A DNA stretch of 61,151 bases, the filler included, from Basidiobolus ranarum (lineage: Eukaryota), in the NCBI GenBank assembly GCA_040143965.1. It is 2 parts of 2 records of this genome, joined end to end, with 100 filler letters (N's around TTAATTAATTAA, not from the genome) between each part and the next. Parts side by side here need not be neighbours in the genome. Positions count along the whole stretch, not along the records: positions 1 to 30,572 come from JASJQH010000098.1; positions 30,673 to 61,151 come from JASJQH010000099.1. One strand, 5' to 3'. The translations under genes and the position numbers were made by a program. Shown piece after piece: positions 27,734 through 41,594 of this stretch. The first letter of the stretch is position 1, and every line of letters begins with the position of its first letter. The notes under the pieces were generated by a model that saw only the letters and a list, made by a program, of their open reading frames with translations, was not told the DNA's origin and ran no database searches.

Positions 27734-29658
27734 TTATCTTGCATCAGGGCTCTCCTGGACGGAGCCTTCAGCTGTTAATGAAAAGGTATTTTCAACTGAA
27801 CTAGGGATTTCTTCTTGATGATGGGTGACTAGAATAAGTGTTTGCTCGGGAGACATGTGGTTTACAAGCCATCTGTTAACAGTTTCAATCATTCCATCGT
27901 CAAGGCCTTGAAAGGGTTCATCCCATACCAACAAGGGTGGCTCTTTAACCTGTCACATCCAAAGAGTCAGAAGAGAAAGACGGGGAATGCAATATGAAGA
28001 TGTAACTAACCAATGATCTGATCAAAAGAACCATTCTTTGTTCACCTGTTGACATGTGCTTCAATTTTTGATTCAATAAGTTGTGCATACCAAATTCGTT
28101 AAAAAGTCTATGGACAACGTTTTGTTGCTCAGTTGTTATCTTACGCGGAACCACAACATCATAAAACCCGGTTCCAGCTGCTGTTTCAGCACTGAGTTCC
28201 TGATCAAAATAGAGGTGCAACTCTGGACTTAAAAGACCAATCTTTTGCTTAATTTCCCAGATTGATTCACCAGTGCCGCGACGCCGCCCAAAAAGCCATA
28301 AATCATTGGCATAAGCTTGTGGGTGGTCTCCAGTGATAAGTGATAGCAGCGTGGTTTTTCCAGAGCCTAATATTATTCAATAATGAACAGTCTTGCAATG
28401 GAAATATGCACAGAAGCAAGATACTTACCATTAGGTCCTAGTAACGCCCACTTTTCACCCTTTCGTATGGTCCAATTGATATTGTCTAGAATCTTCTTTC
28501 CAGAATATTTGACATTGATGCCTTTCAATTCAACGACCGGGTTGCTATGTCGAGGTTGAGATAGGGCTTGTTTGCTTTCGGGAGTGTTCCTTTTCTTCAC
28601 TTCTTGTTGCAATTCAAATCGTTTGTTAAATTCATTTCGTGAACCAGTCCACTGTATAGCCATTTTGTCCAGTTCTAACACGTTGGTCACCCAATGGGGA
28701 ATCGTGTCCTGCGGCCTCGAGATAAGTAAAATCTTAGTTTGTCCACGATTATTAATCTCACCCAACACCTCCGCGATTTTCGCCCGATTTGATACATCCA
28801 AGCCCACTAAGTTCAGATTGATTATTTAGTATACACTGTTTGTCCGGATGAATTTACTAACTACTTGAGCTTACTAAATGGTTCATCAAGAATTAGCATG
28901 CGTGGCTTAGCTAGCAAGGCTCTGGTGATTCTTGCACGTCTGGTTTGTCCATTCGACAGTTTCATGAAGGATAGTGGTAGCAAGTGCTCAATCCCTAGGG
29001 TTTTCGATAACTGTGCTAATTCCTCTTTTACTTCCGAAGAGGGTTGCTTTAAATTGGTAAGAAGATAGTCCTCGAGTGTGATGTCATTGAGCGGATCACT
29101 TGGGAAGTGAATTCAAGCCGTTAGAATTCAGTAGTTAGAACCAATTTTATATTTTAGTATCATATTTTAAGTACCTGAAGTTGAAACGTTCTTGATAATA
29201 ATGACCACCATAAGAGAACAAGCGAGAATCCTCTTTGAAGCTTACCAAATGAATATGTTCTGAAGGGTATGAGGAGGAAAATTGGTCCAAGAAAGGCCAT
29301 TTGATCGCTGAATGAGGCTCAACTCGCTGCTTCCCTGCAAGTGTCTTAAATGGTAGTATAACAAAAATTCAAAGTTAATAAAAACTAGGCAAATAGAGCA
29401 GTATTGGTGATAAATCTTCACAAGTACCTCCGCAAATGTTGTTTTACCAGAGCTGACGGAACCAACCACTGCCCAGTTTTCACCTTCATTGAGCGCCCAG
29501 GTGACGTTTTTAAAAGAAGGTTGCTTTCCTGATTGTCTAAACACAGTAGCGTCCTTGAGGGATATCAGTTCTCGATACAGAATATTCGAAGCATGGAGAG
29601 AGCGAAGTTGTAATTTTGAAAATACTTTGTGCGGGAATTTACAAATAGGCTGATACAT
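27734..29658 (-). CDS. ModF-like soluble ABC ATPase with two NBDs (yeast YDR061W-like), possible mitochondrial presequence
   Basis: NBD1: WAVVGSVSSGKTT, LSNGQTRRARI, ILDEPFMGLD. NBD2: WALLGPNGSGKTTLLSLITGDHPQAY, GTGESIWEIKQKIG, MSTGEQRMVLLIRSLV, WDEPFQGLD, VTHH. No TM segments. Confidence 0.85.
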
Positions 29659-29906
29659 TCTTTAATTTATCCTACTTGATACTCGAAAAGATAAGGGCAG
29701 CAGGCACTTTTTAAATTTCAAGTATTCACAGCACTGGATTCAATTAATGCTTTCTCACACTGACTAATACGTGATTCATAGTGACTGTCATATAAATGGC
29801 GATGATCCATTATATATGTGCATTAACTAGCCATTGATATGTGTTAAATCTAAACAGGTTTGATGGGAAATGTGCACAATGACTTTATATTCAATGTAGT
29901 ACTTGA

Positions 29907-29961
29907 TCAATTAGAAGTGTGGAGCAGTAGAATATCAATTAGAGGTGTGGAGAAGTAGAAT
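29907..29961. repeat. Short imperfect tandem repeat (28-bp period, 2 copies)
   Basis: tcaattagaagtgtggagcagtagaata is followed by tcaattagaggtgtggagaagtagaata. Confidence 0.7.
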
Positions 29962-30319
29962 AGGTAACTTGCTTTCAATCCACAGTTATATCAGAAGGAA
30001 ATAGTGGAAGTGATAAAACTTTCAAGAGGTGGGGAGTAAAAACCAGTGGAATTTCAAAGATATGAGTTAGGGAATTCTCAACCTTTGGAGCACTAGGTAT
30101 ACTATAACTATGAATATGCTATAAAGTAGATATTCATAATTCAACCAGACCTACACATACAACAAAGCACCAACACTAGCATAGATGAAGTAACTGTTGA
30201 AACTAGCATTGCCTAAACATCTGTATAGTCATATATATCTTAATATTTAGTTCTCCTATATTGAACAAAGATATCACACATTATTCTTAAGATGAATTTA
30301 CTTGGAATATTTTAGCAAC

Positions 30320-30572
30320 TTAGAAGTGTTAAAGTATTTTGAGAGCCTGTTGGAAGTGGTTCACTTATTGATTTAATGAGTTGAAAGTTAACATCTATAC
30401 TTTTATCAAGATAGAAGTTGTTAAAGTATTTGGGAGCCTGTTGGAAGTGGTTTGGAGAATCAGAGGAGTTGGTGGTTTTCACTTATTGATTTATTGAGTA
30501 GAAAGTTGACATTTAGAGTTTTGTCAAGATGTAAACAAACTAATGTTTAGAATATGTTAAGGAAGATCCCAG
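30320..30572. repeat. Repeat-family copy at the left contig end, with an internal imperfect duplication
   Basis: The block tagaagtgttaaagtatttt-gagagcctgttggaagtggtt...cacttattgattta-tgagt-gaaagtt-acat...tcaagat occurs twice (about 30320-30411 and 30412-30530). Confidence 0.75.
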
Positions 30573-30672
30573 NNNNNNNNNNNNNNNNNNNNNNNNNNNN
30601 NNNNNNNNNNNNNNNNTTAATTAATTAANNNNNNNNNNNNNNNNNNNNNNNNNNNNNNNNNNNNNNNNNNNN
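30573..30672. other. Artificial 100-bp contig spacer (44 N + TTAATTAATTAA + 44 N)
   Basis: Symmetric N runs flank a 12-mer (30617-30628) that has stop codons in all six frames. Confidence 0.95.
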
Positions 30673-30753
30673 TATTTTTACCAACTTAGAAGTTCTCAGA
30701 TATATAGATTTTTCAAACTTGTGCTAGAAGCCCCAAACTTTGCACACATGTTC

Positions 30754-30910
30754 CTGGGACCTTCCTTAACATATTCTACATGTCAGTTTGCTTACATCTT
30801 GACAAAACTATAAATGTCAACTTTCTACTCAATAAATCAATAAGTGAAAACCACCAAGTCTTCCTGTACTCCAAATCATCTCCAACAACTCCCAAAATAC
30901 TTCAACATCA
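30754..30910. repeat. Second copy of the same repeat, in inverted orientation, at the right contig start
   Basis: ctgggaccttccttaacatattcta...catcttgacaaaact-taaatgtcaactttctactcaataaatcaataagtgaaaaccacc is the diverged reverse complement of about 30470-30572. Confidence 0.8.
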
Positions 30911-31668
30911 TAGACTCTATACCATCATGAGTAGCTGTCAATCCATGATAAGTGAGATCACTTAATGATACAGAATGTTTATAGTCCTGAGTAGGAGTTT
31001 CATGAGTAGGTAGTTTATTACAAGGACTCTGAATTCCAATCACACATCTCATCTCCATCGAAGTCAGTACTAAAGGCAGTACATAAATTAAGGGGTGTAC
31101 CAATAGTCTTATGTTTACTAATAACTTAAATTAACACTCATCATAGACTGAATATTGAGAGATGGCTGATGATTGAGTAATCCATAACTAGTAGCTATAT
31201 CACACCCTAAACGTAGTTCTATCGTGTTAGGTTTAAGAAAAGGAGTAGGTACTATGGAAAACAATAAAAACTTTTAATAGCTGAAATTAATAATAACATG
31301 TACTATTTATGAACGTATATTGGGTATGAATAATATGCTAAATATGACCGCTACATAGTAGCTTAAAGGTGATCTAAATATTGAAAATATGGTTGGGAAA
31401 GTAAATCAAGGCTTTCGCCAATTAACTTTTTTTTGATGAAGATATTAAGTGCATGAGTAAATTTCGAAGAAAATACGGGAAAGTGTGCTGATCAGAGAAT
31501 CATATAACGTAGAGATGATGAGTGGATATATCAATTAGTGAGATAAGATAAGCTTCGGAGCTAGATAAGGTTACAAAATGTGCGACTAGAAGGTAGAAGC
31601 AAAACGAATGAAAATGAAGAAAAGAGGTTCCCTTGTATAATAATTAATACTTCTCAATAAATTCGTTG

Positions 31669-33941
<2,273 letters not shown>

Positions 33942-36298
33942 AGGAATGGATTAATGTTAGTTTAATATATTTCCACTAAATCGGTGTATCGTTGTTGTTA
34001 CCTTGAGCTGACATGACTTGGTTTTACTCTACTACAAACCGATATTCGCCCCAAGAGAATAAGGTTGAGGAGGGGAAATGAACAGATAAAACCCGGGATG
34101 AATAGAATAAAATAAAGGCTCCTATAACCCTTGTTACTGTGGATATTGTATTGCTTATAGCAAGTAGAAAAAGGGGGAGAGAAAATGACTAGTTTATGGA
34201 GAAAGTGAGCCACTCCTTTGATATTGGCATTCAATGATTGATACACCTAATGGTTTCTCGAATTTCCTTTGATTCAAATTATCCGAGTTGAGAATTAGCG
34301 TTCATTCAAAGTTTGCTAATAATTACGTGGATCATGCAACATTTACGATTTGGCGCTTTATATAATAATATTAATCTAATATGTATATTCCAAGTCAAAT
34401 GTTTCTCCCCACTGCTACTAACCCTAATTCCTTGTTGCATTTATAGGATATACGACCTTATCCGGAATGTATCGTAACCTCTTTGGTGTCTGGGTCATGC
34501 GTTAAAGTGTATACAAGTGACAGAAACAAGTTTAAAGTTGCTCAATCAGAGACTGGCTCGTGTTTCCAGATAAAATTGCCACCAGTAGTTACTAGATAAT
34601 ACTTGATGTCTACTACTAATAAGAGTAGCTTTTTGGTTCATTTCTGAGCGGTGTAGTGAGGGTCACAATAAGAATTGGCCAACTGAAACGAAACCCTAAT
34701 CACCAATAATCGGCGCTATACAGCCACACATCATTTCTCAAGCTGGATTGGATATATATTCATCATCTACTTAAAAATATTAAACATCTTACTGCCGAGC
34801 AGATAATAAAAATCTAAAAAGCAATTTACTTATCTGTAATATTCGTGTTTTACCAAAAATTCGTATAGTATGGGAAAGAACCATGGCTGAAGTAGCGAAA
34901 AAGGTAAGCGCAACGGTCTTATCTAAACAAACCGAAATTTACCACCTTAGTCTCCAAACCTAGATTGAAATCGTTTTTGCTGGGTTATTGAAAGCAATAG
35001 TTTTTCTTATGACTACAATCATGCTTTAGCTCGTTTGATAGAGTGTGTAAAGATATTACTATCATGGTGTATCTTATACAATTGACTACCTGTGCTGGTT
35101 TCTAAGCGGTGTAGTGTCAAATAATTTATGTCGTTCACGGAACATCAAACTATATAGCTCGCTTGTAAACTCCTATTGGTAAACGCATCTTATTCTGCTT
35201 TATATTCGCCTCTAGTATTAGTAGGGGAAGTAGTTTAAAATTTCAGCCATACCAACGGTTATAGCTTTGCTAGCTTTTTGATAATTGGTAGGAAGTGTAC
35301 CATATTGAGAGTCACTCAACGTACAGAAGTGGGAGGGTAACACTGATACTCCTGCTTGTTATCCAACTCAAAATATCTTGATTTCTGGCTCATTGGAATG
35401 GCATAGAAATCAAAATTTGGGCGTCAAACGAAGATAAAATAGTTGATTGTTTTTATATTATCGTGGTGTGAGAGATGATTGGAGCAATCTAAATGTGCTA
35501 AACATGTCTAACATATTTAAGACTGGATAAATGAATCATAATTATGTATTTGTAGCACCACTTGCACTTTCAAACTTCATGTTATGAGGAAAGTCTATTT
35601 ATGCAATTCGAATTTTTATACTGCACAGTGTACATAGCTTATTAATTTGGGCGCTAGCACAGTGGGAATAAATTTAGTTGCTTGTCATTTGCAGTAGTCA
35701 GTGTATTACTCTTGATGGGGCTTGCTTCAAAAAGAATAAGTTTGGTCATCTGGACATATCCGTGTACTGGCCAGTATATATTACAGTGGTGTTTCCTGAT
35801 CTCAACAGGATATTCTCTCCTGTTATTGGATATATTGACTCCACCCAATGGAATATCTTTTTTTTTGATTCCGGATCACTACATATTGCCAAGCAGTATT
35901 CAGGATTTTGATATTCTGGTATGTACGAAATTCAAAGCAAGAGTTAGGGTTCCAAGTTAGAACAACACCCTTTGAGCTTCGAGTGACACTGGTTATTGGA
36001 GTTAAAGCAAATGTTCAAATCTTTAAGGGAGAAAAATTCCTATCGCTTGGGCAAACTGCTAGCAAAACGTAAGTGACATGGTTTTACCCTCAGTCTATGC
36101 TGCCTGAAAACCATTGCAAATGTACTGATAATAGATTTCATATATCAATGTCATCATCAGTTGATCGTTAATCGACCTTGATTTGGAGGGTACATCACTC
36201 ACCCTCACCCGGGCTATTAGCCATCCGAAAAATTGTTCAATCGAAAACAGACGATTGGAAGAGCTGATTTCTACAAATGACCACATGCCAGATTATGG

Positions 36299-36310
36299 TC
36301 CTTTCCTCTT
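36299..36310 (+). promoter_or_regulatory. TCT-initiator / 5'TOP-like pyrimidine tract upstream of RPL9
   Basis: TCCTTTCCTCTT is 12 pyrimidines and its first 8 nt match YYCTTTYY. It lies about 45 nt before the 5'UTR intron donor of a ribosomal-protein gene. Confidence 0.45.
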
Positions 36311-36352
36311 ATTCGATTCTCATATATTTCGAACTGTTCGCCAGCACGAGTG

Positions 36353-36461
36353 GTAAGTATCAGAGATTTTCTCATAGTGCATCCATCATTATAAAGTTTC
36401 ACCATACAGATTGGTGATCATTATTTGTTAGATAAAGCTAACTAATTTACTATTTTCATAG
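36353..36461 (+). other. 5'UTR intron of RPL9
   Basis: Donor gtaagt at 36353, branch-like gctaactaat, acceptor ttttcatag ending at 36461, 14 nt before the ATG. Confidence 0.8.
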
Positions 36462-36475
36462 GATAATATTTAAAG

Positions 36476-37045
36476 ATGAAGGATATTTACAAGGAAGAAG
36501 AACTTACCATTCCTGAGGGCGTTACTATCGATATTAGGGCTAGAGTTGTCCGTGTTAAGGGTCCACGCGGTACTCTTAGCAAAGATTTCCATCATGTCAA
36601 CATGGAAATCAGAAAGATGAGTGACAAGAAAGTTCGTCTTGTCATTTGGCATGGTGTTCGTAAGCATGTTGCTTGCCTTCGTACTATTCGTTCCCACATT
36701 CAAAACATGATTACTGGCGTTACTAGAGGATTCCTTTACAAGATGCGTTTTGTATATGCCCATTTCCCTATCAATGTCAACATTTCTGACAATGGTGAAG
36801 AAGTAGAAATTCGTAACTTCTTGGGTGAGAAAGTAATCCGTCGTGTCAAGATGTTGGAGGGTGTCACTATTTCCCACTCTGAGGCCCAGAAAGATGAGAT
36901 CATTCTTCAAGGAAACTCTCTCGATAACGTCTCTCAGTCTGCTGCCTCTATCCAACAATCTACTCGTGCCAAGAACAAGGATATCCGTAAATTCTTGGAT
37001 GGTATCTATGTCTCTGAGAAGACTAACATCGTTTTGGAAGAATAA
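36476..37045 (+). CDS. RPL9: 60S ribosomal protein L9 (uL6), uninterrupted CDS
   Basis: [51 protein letters not shown] and [17 protein letters not shown], with strong codon bias. Confidence 0.98.
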   Translation: MKDIYKEEELTIPEGVTIDIRARVVRVKGPRGTLSKDFHHVNMEIRKMSDKKVRLVIWHGVRKHVACLRTIRSHIQNMITGVTRGFLYKMRFVYAHFPINVNISDNGEEVEIRNFLGEKVIRRVKMLEGVTISHSEAQKDEIILQGNSLDNVSQSAASIQQSTRAKNKDIRKFLDGIYVSEKTNIVLEE

Positions 37046-37914
37046 GTGTGTTTTCCGGAAATTTGAAAATTACTTAGCATTATGTGAAACCGAAGTGGTT
37101 TGAGCTTAAATTTTCATTTCATACCCTCCTAAATACTAGATTTTCGCGTAGAGTTCCGAATTCCCTGAATATATTGACCCTATTAAATAAGTAAAGGAAC
37201 CGGTGTGATCATTATTCTGAACATAATTTGACATTGCTTAATGTAATATGCCTCTGCGTAATTTAGTGACTTCAAATTCGCTTGACGCTAAATAGAATCC
37301 TTGAATTTGATATTAGCCATAAATGACCATCGGAATTCGCTGAAATGACAAACACAAGCAAATATGTGATTAGATATTGAGGAGAGATACAATCTGTCAA
37401 CAATGGAGAACAAGCTCCTCTCCTCGAATCGAACTACGTAAACAGCATAATACATCCTGTACGCGATGTTGCCTTGACCATTCTGCATATCTTGATGTGG
37501 ATTATTTGGAGCCTGTGGTGGAATAGATTTACAGCATCTCGATATTTTGTTTTGGCGAATGGTGATCGTCACTGATATATTTATCAATCGGATATTACAC
37601 AATGACATATATATTTAGCAGAATGACATCACAAATTGTACATTGAAGAGTAGCCAACAATCAGCATTTTAGGAAGAAGCTGGGTTTGCGTTTGTTCCAT
37701 CTAGACTTGTGACGACATAATTGCCAGGTCATTCTTGAGACTATTACTTCGATTAAAGTTTGACGTCATCTATTTTCATTTTTACATTATGTCCGCCAAG
37801 TGAATTAGCTCACACATGATGTATGGTTAAAATACGACGTTAATGCCTTTCGGTCATGAAAATTAACTTTGTTTCTACTGGAAAGCATATTGAACTTCCA
37901 TTTTCTTACGAAAA

Positions 37915-40281
37915 ATGGAGCAAGAAATTCCGACGCAACATGAACTGGACTCTATCAAAAGAGTCAACACAACCACTACTTTAAGCTTCCTTAAATACTA
38001 CAGAGAGCAATTAGCTGGCAATTCGGTGGACTACTATGCTGACTTTGTACTGGCATTCAAATACAAGCTGCCTACATCCAACTCTTCCCCCGAAGAACGA
38101 AAGAAAAACGAGGAAGAGGCCATTACTAACTATCAACAAATCACTACCAAAATCAAACGTGCTGGCTTGGGGTTTGAAGCACGAAAAGGTTCTCCGGGAA
38201 TACTACTAATTTTCATTCTGTGTCCCGCAGCAAGATTGGAACAAGAGTTAGAAGTTTCTAGGTTAGTACTGAGGTGGGCGTAAAAAAGTTTCAGTTTGTA
38301 TAAACTCATATATCCTACAGAAAACAAGATTGGCTTACAGGGGTTACTGTGTCTGCTGTGAACAGAGGTGCCAGTATCTCTCGAACTCTACATGAACAGG
38401 TTAATTCAAATGTGGTATTAACTGATTCGGAGCGTCTTCGTTTAATTCATCAAATTATCGTCGGTGATGAAGATGACGGTTGCGCTGGACTTGACCCGGG
38501 TAATGTGGATGCAATTGACTCGTTATTCCCAATACATAATCGCAAATACAACAAGGTATGAACATTATATATATCGCTGCAAATATGTGTTGCGAAAATC
38601 AACCATTTGTACAAATCTACTCAATAGCAATGGCTCAAAAAATGGTCTACATCATGGCGAATCACACCAGAGGATTTAGAAAATCTGAGAAATCATTTCG
38701 GTGAAACGGTAACTGACTTCTAATCTACTAATCAAGTTCCTAACTAATTCCCAAACATACATTTAGGTTGCTTTCTATTTCGAATTCCTTCAATACTATT
38801 TCTTCTCTTTGGCGATTCCAACAACTGCTGGTATATTAGCATATTTTATGGATGGGGATTTTTCGATTATATTCTCGGCTTTCATAGTTGGATGGGGCGT
38901 GGTCTTTATAGAATTATGGAAACGACGCGAGCGAGAGCTATCTATATGGTGGAGTGTTCGAAACTGTTCGAAAGTCGAAAAGCGTAGATCCGCCTACGTT
39001 CCCTCAAGCACTATGAAAGACTCTATTACTGGTGAAACAATTTACTACACTCCCATCTGGGAGTCATGGGGAAAAAGAGCAGCCACTATTCCTGTGATAA
39101 TCTTGGGAGGAATTTTGTTTTCACTGGTAGTTGGTGCAGTATTTGCCGTAGAAGTGTTCATTATCGAGCTTTATCAGGGCCCATTTCACGAGTATTTGGC
39201 ACTTTTCCCGGTGATACTTTATTCGGCTAGTATCCCATACCTTAGCCAAGTTTACACCAATCTTGCACGTAAACTGAATGATTACGAGAATCATGAAACA
39301 GACTCGGAATACAATGCTTTCCTAACATACAAAATATGCTTAGTAAATTTCCTCGTAGGATTTTTATCAATATTTTTAGTTGCCTGGGTGTATATCCCTC
39401 ATAAAGCTCAGCTGGAGCAAATGGTGGTTAGATCATCAATTAAGACTACGCACAGTGCTGTAGGACCTGAAAGACTTCAAGCACAACTGATGTACTTCGT
39501 TTTGACTGCTCAAGCCATCAACTTTGCTACCGAAGTGATAGTGCCCATAGTGACAAGATATGCTACAAACAAGGCCAAAGACATAAAGGAGAAAGTCACC
39601 AAAAGCGCCTCAAATGGAGAACATGACGAATTTGTACGAGAGGATGAGAAAGACTTCCTTAACAGAATTATCGAAGAAAGTAAACTACCGGAATACGATG
39701 TTTATGAGGATTACGTTGAAATGATTACACAGTTTGGCTACGTTGCCTTATTTTCCTCAATTTGGACCTTGACTCCGTTAACAGCATTCGTTAATAATTG
39801 GATAGAGATGAGGTCAGATGCTGCAAAGATCTGTATAAATACCAGACGTCCAATTCCAAGTCGTACAGATACTATTGGCCCCTGGTTGGATAATCTGAGC
39901 ATTATCTCTTGGCTTTCCTCTTTAACTAACACCGTGCTAGTGTATCAATTTCGTCATTGGAATCAACAGAGCGATATAGATTCGAATGCATATACTCACC
40001 GTGTGATATACGGTGTAGTGATTGCCGTGTTGGCTGAACATTCGTTCTTTTTGTTTAGACATTTTATTCGGGTAGTTGTCAAGTCTCTGCCCAGTTGGGT
40101 TGACGACATTATCCGGAAAGAAGAGTACGATATGAAACAAGAGATCTTGAAATCAAACAGCCAAGTCGACGTGAGTCAACTTAGTTCGGAAACCAGTGAG
40201 CAGATCCCTATTACCCCAAGAACACAAGAGGCTATTGAAGTTGGTGTTGCGGAGATTCAAAGTTTCTTCAAAAATTTATAA
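37915..40281 (+). CDS. Anoctamin/TMEM16 (Ist2-like) Ca2+-activated scramblase/channel, 4 exons
   Basis: TDSERLRL, FPIHN, RNHFGETVAFYFEFLQYY, FIELWKRRE, NDYENHET and the Ca-site motifs INFATE, YVEMITQFGY and NNWIEMRSDA, plus RRPIPSRTDTIGPW. Confidence 0.92.
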
Positions 40282-41594
40282 TACTAGCCTCGTTTTGCGT
40301 CGACGTATTGATAAAATTGCTACTATGCACACCTTGCAGTTGAGATTTGGTCAGATTGTTTTACAATCACCTTGAAGACTACCAAAATAAACATGTCCTT
40401 TGTCAATCGTATTGCTACGAAGACTAAATACCTACCATGAAAATGAAAAACCAGAAACCCTAAATCTGTCGTCGATCGGCATGTATCTCATTCATTTTTG
40501 CACCGTGTGATGGCATTCTTACCAAAAGTAGAAGTTTTCTCGACACTGGTGTACCCGCGATTGCGGTTTCTTGACTATCGCGAATCTCTCCATGCAATCA
40601 TGAACTAGTTTTAGAAGAGATAAAAGACTATGTTAATGATGATTTGCCATTGTTAGCAGCAGTAGTTCAACAGTGTTACAGCATGATTTTCATGATGGTG
40701 TTGTGAAATAAAATAAAGTCAGTGGATAGCCTTAATTTGGTATAGTTAATTCATTTTAGAGGAATGATTCTTTAAGGTAAAATTGGACATATGAAAATAT
40801 TAGTGTTTCTTGGAGGGCTTTGCTAATCTCAAGGTAGTACACTGATGTGCTGGTTTATCTGGAGCAGACGTTCTTCTCACAGAAATGGAAAATCCCACCT
40901 AAACTTGAATTCTTCAATTGTGAGAATTCCTACTATTACATGAGCGAAGTAAGGATTCTACAAGCCTCACCACAACTGTGGTTAAATTCCCTCTTAGAGC
41001 AGTTGCATCCCTGGCGCAAAAGGGTTGACCAGCACTATGTAGTACTTTTTTGAGTTTGTGTCTAGGTATCCTGAGAAGAAAAGCTCTGTGAATAAATCAG
41101 AAATAGCAGCTCAGGTGATTTCTTGTAACTATAGTGTGATACATAGTGAGATATTTTGTTGAAAAGTACAAACCATGCCCTGATTCATGTTCCAAAGCTT
41201 TAGTTTATTACCAGTTGAAATATTCCTGGAAGGCAGATATCTCCAATCGGGACGTAGTTGGTATACCTACACTATGAACCTTCTCCCAAATAAATTTATC
41301 TCACCCCTCCCCCCATCGCCAATAGGATGGCACAATATCTGTATCACTCGTTGACCTATCATTCAACATAATCATTGGTCAGGCTGACAAATTCACCACT
41401 TCCTATGATCATGAAACCACCGGACAGTTTTGCGTCATTTAAACAATGCAATTATTGATGACTCTAGATTAGTTGCTCTATATTGGGAAGTGTGAGAGCT
41501 CAGGAACAATTGATATAAATTGACTTCCAAACACCAATTTCTCTATCCGTTCAGGAATTCACAACATACTCAAGCCATTCAACAATATCATTGA

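Noticed and set aside
30617-30628. TTAATTAATTAA as a piggyBac TTAA target or biological palindrome
   Set aside because: It is centred in symmetric N runs totalling 100 bp, so it is a synthetic linker.
35654-35960. Cluster of short overlapping ORFs upstream of RPL9
   Set aside because: No recognisable motif or consistent splice structure supports a gene.
36470-36958. 162-aa antisense ORF over RPL9
   Set aside because: It is a shadow ORF caused by the strong codon bias of the sense gene and has no recognisable motifs.
40630-40710. ATGATGA box-C-like motif as a C/D snoRNA (also near 6575 and 49200)
   Set aside because: No suitably placed CTGA box D or terminal stem is present.
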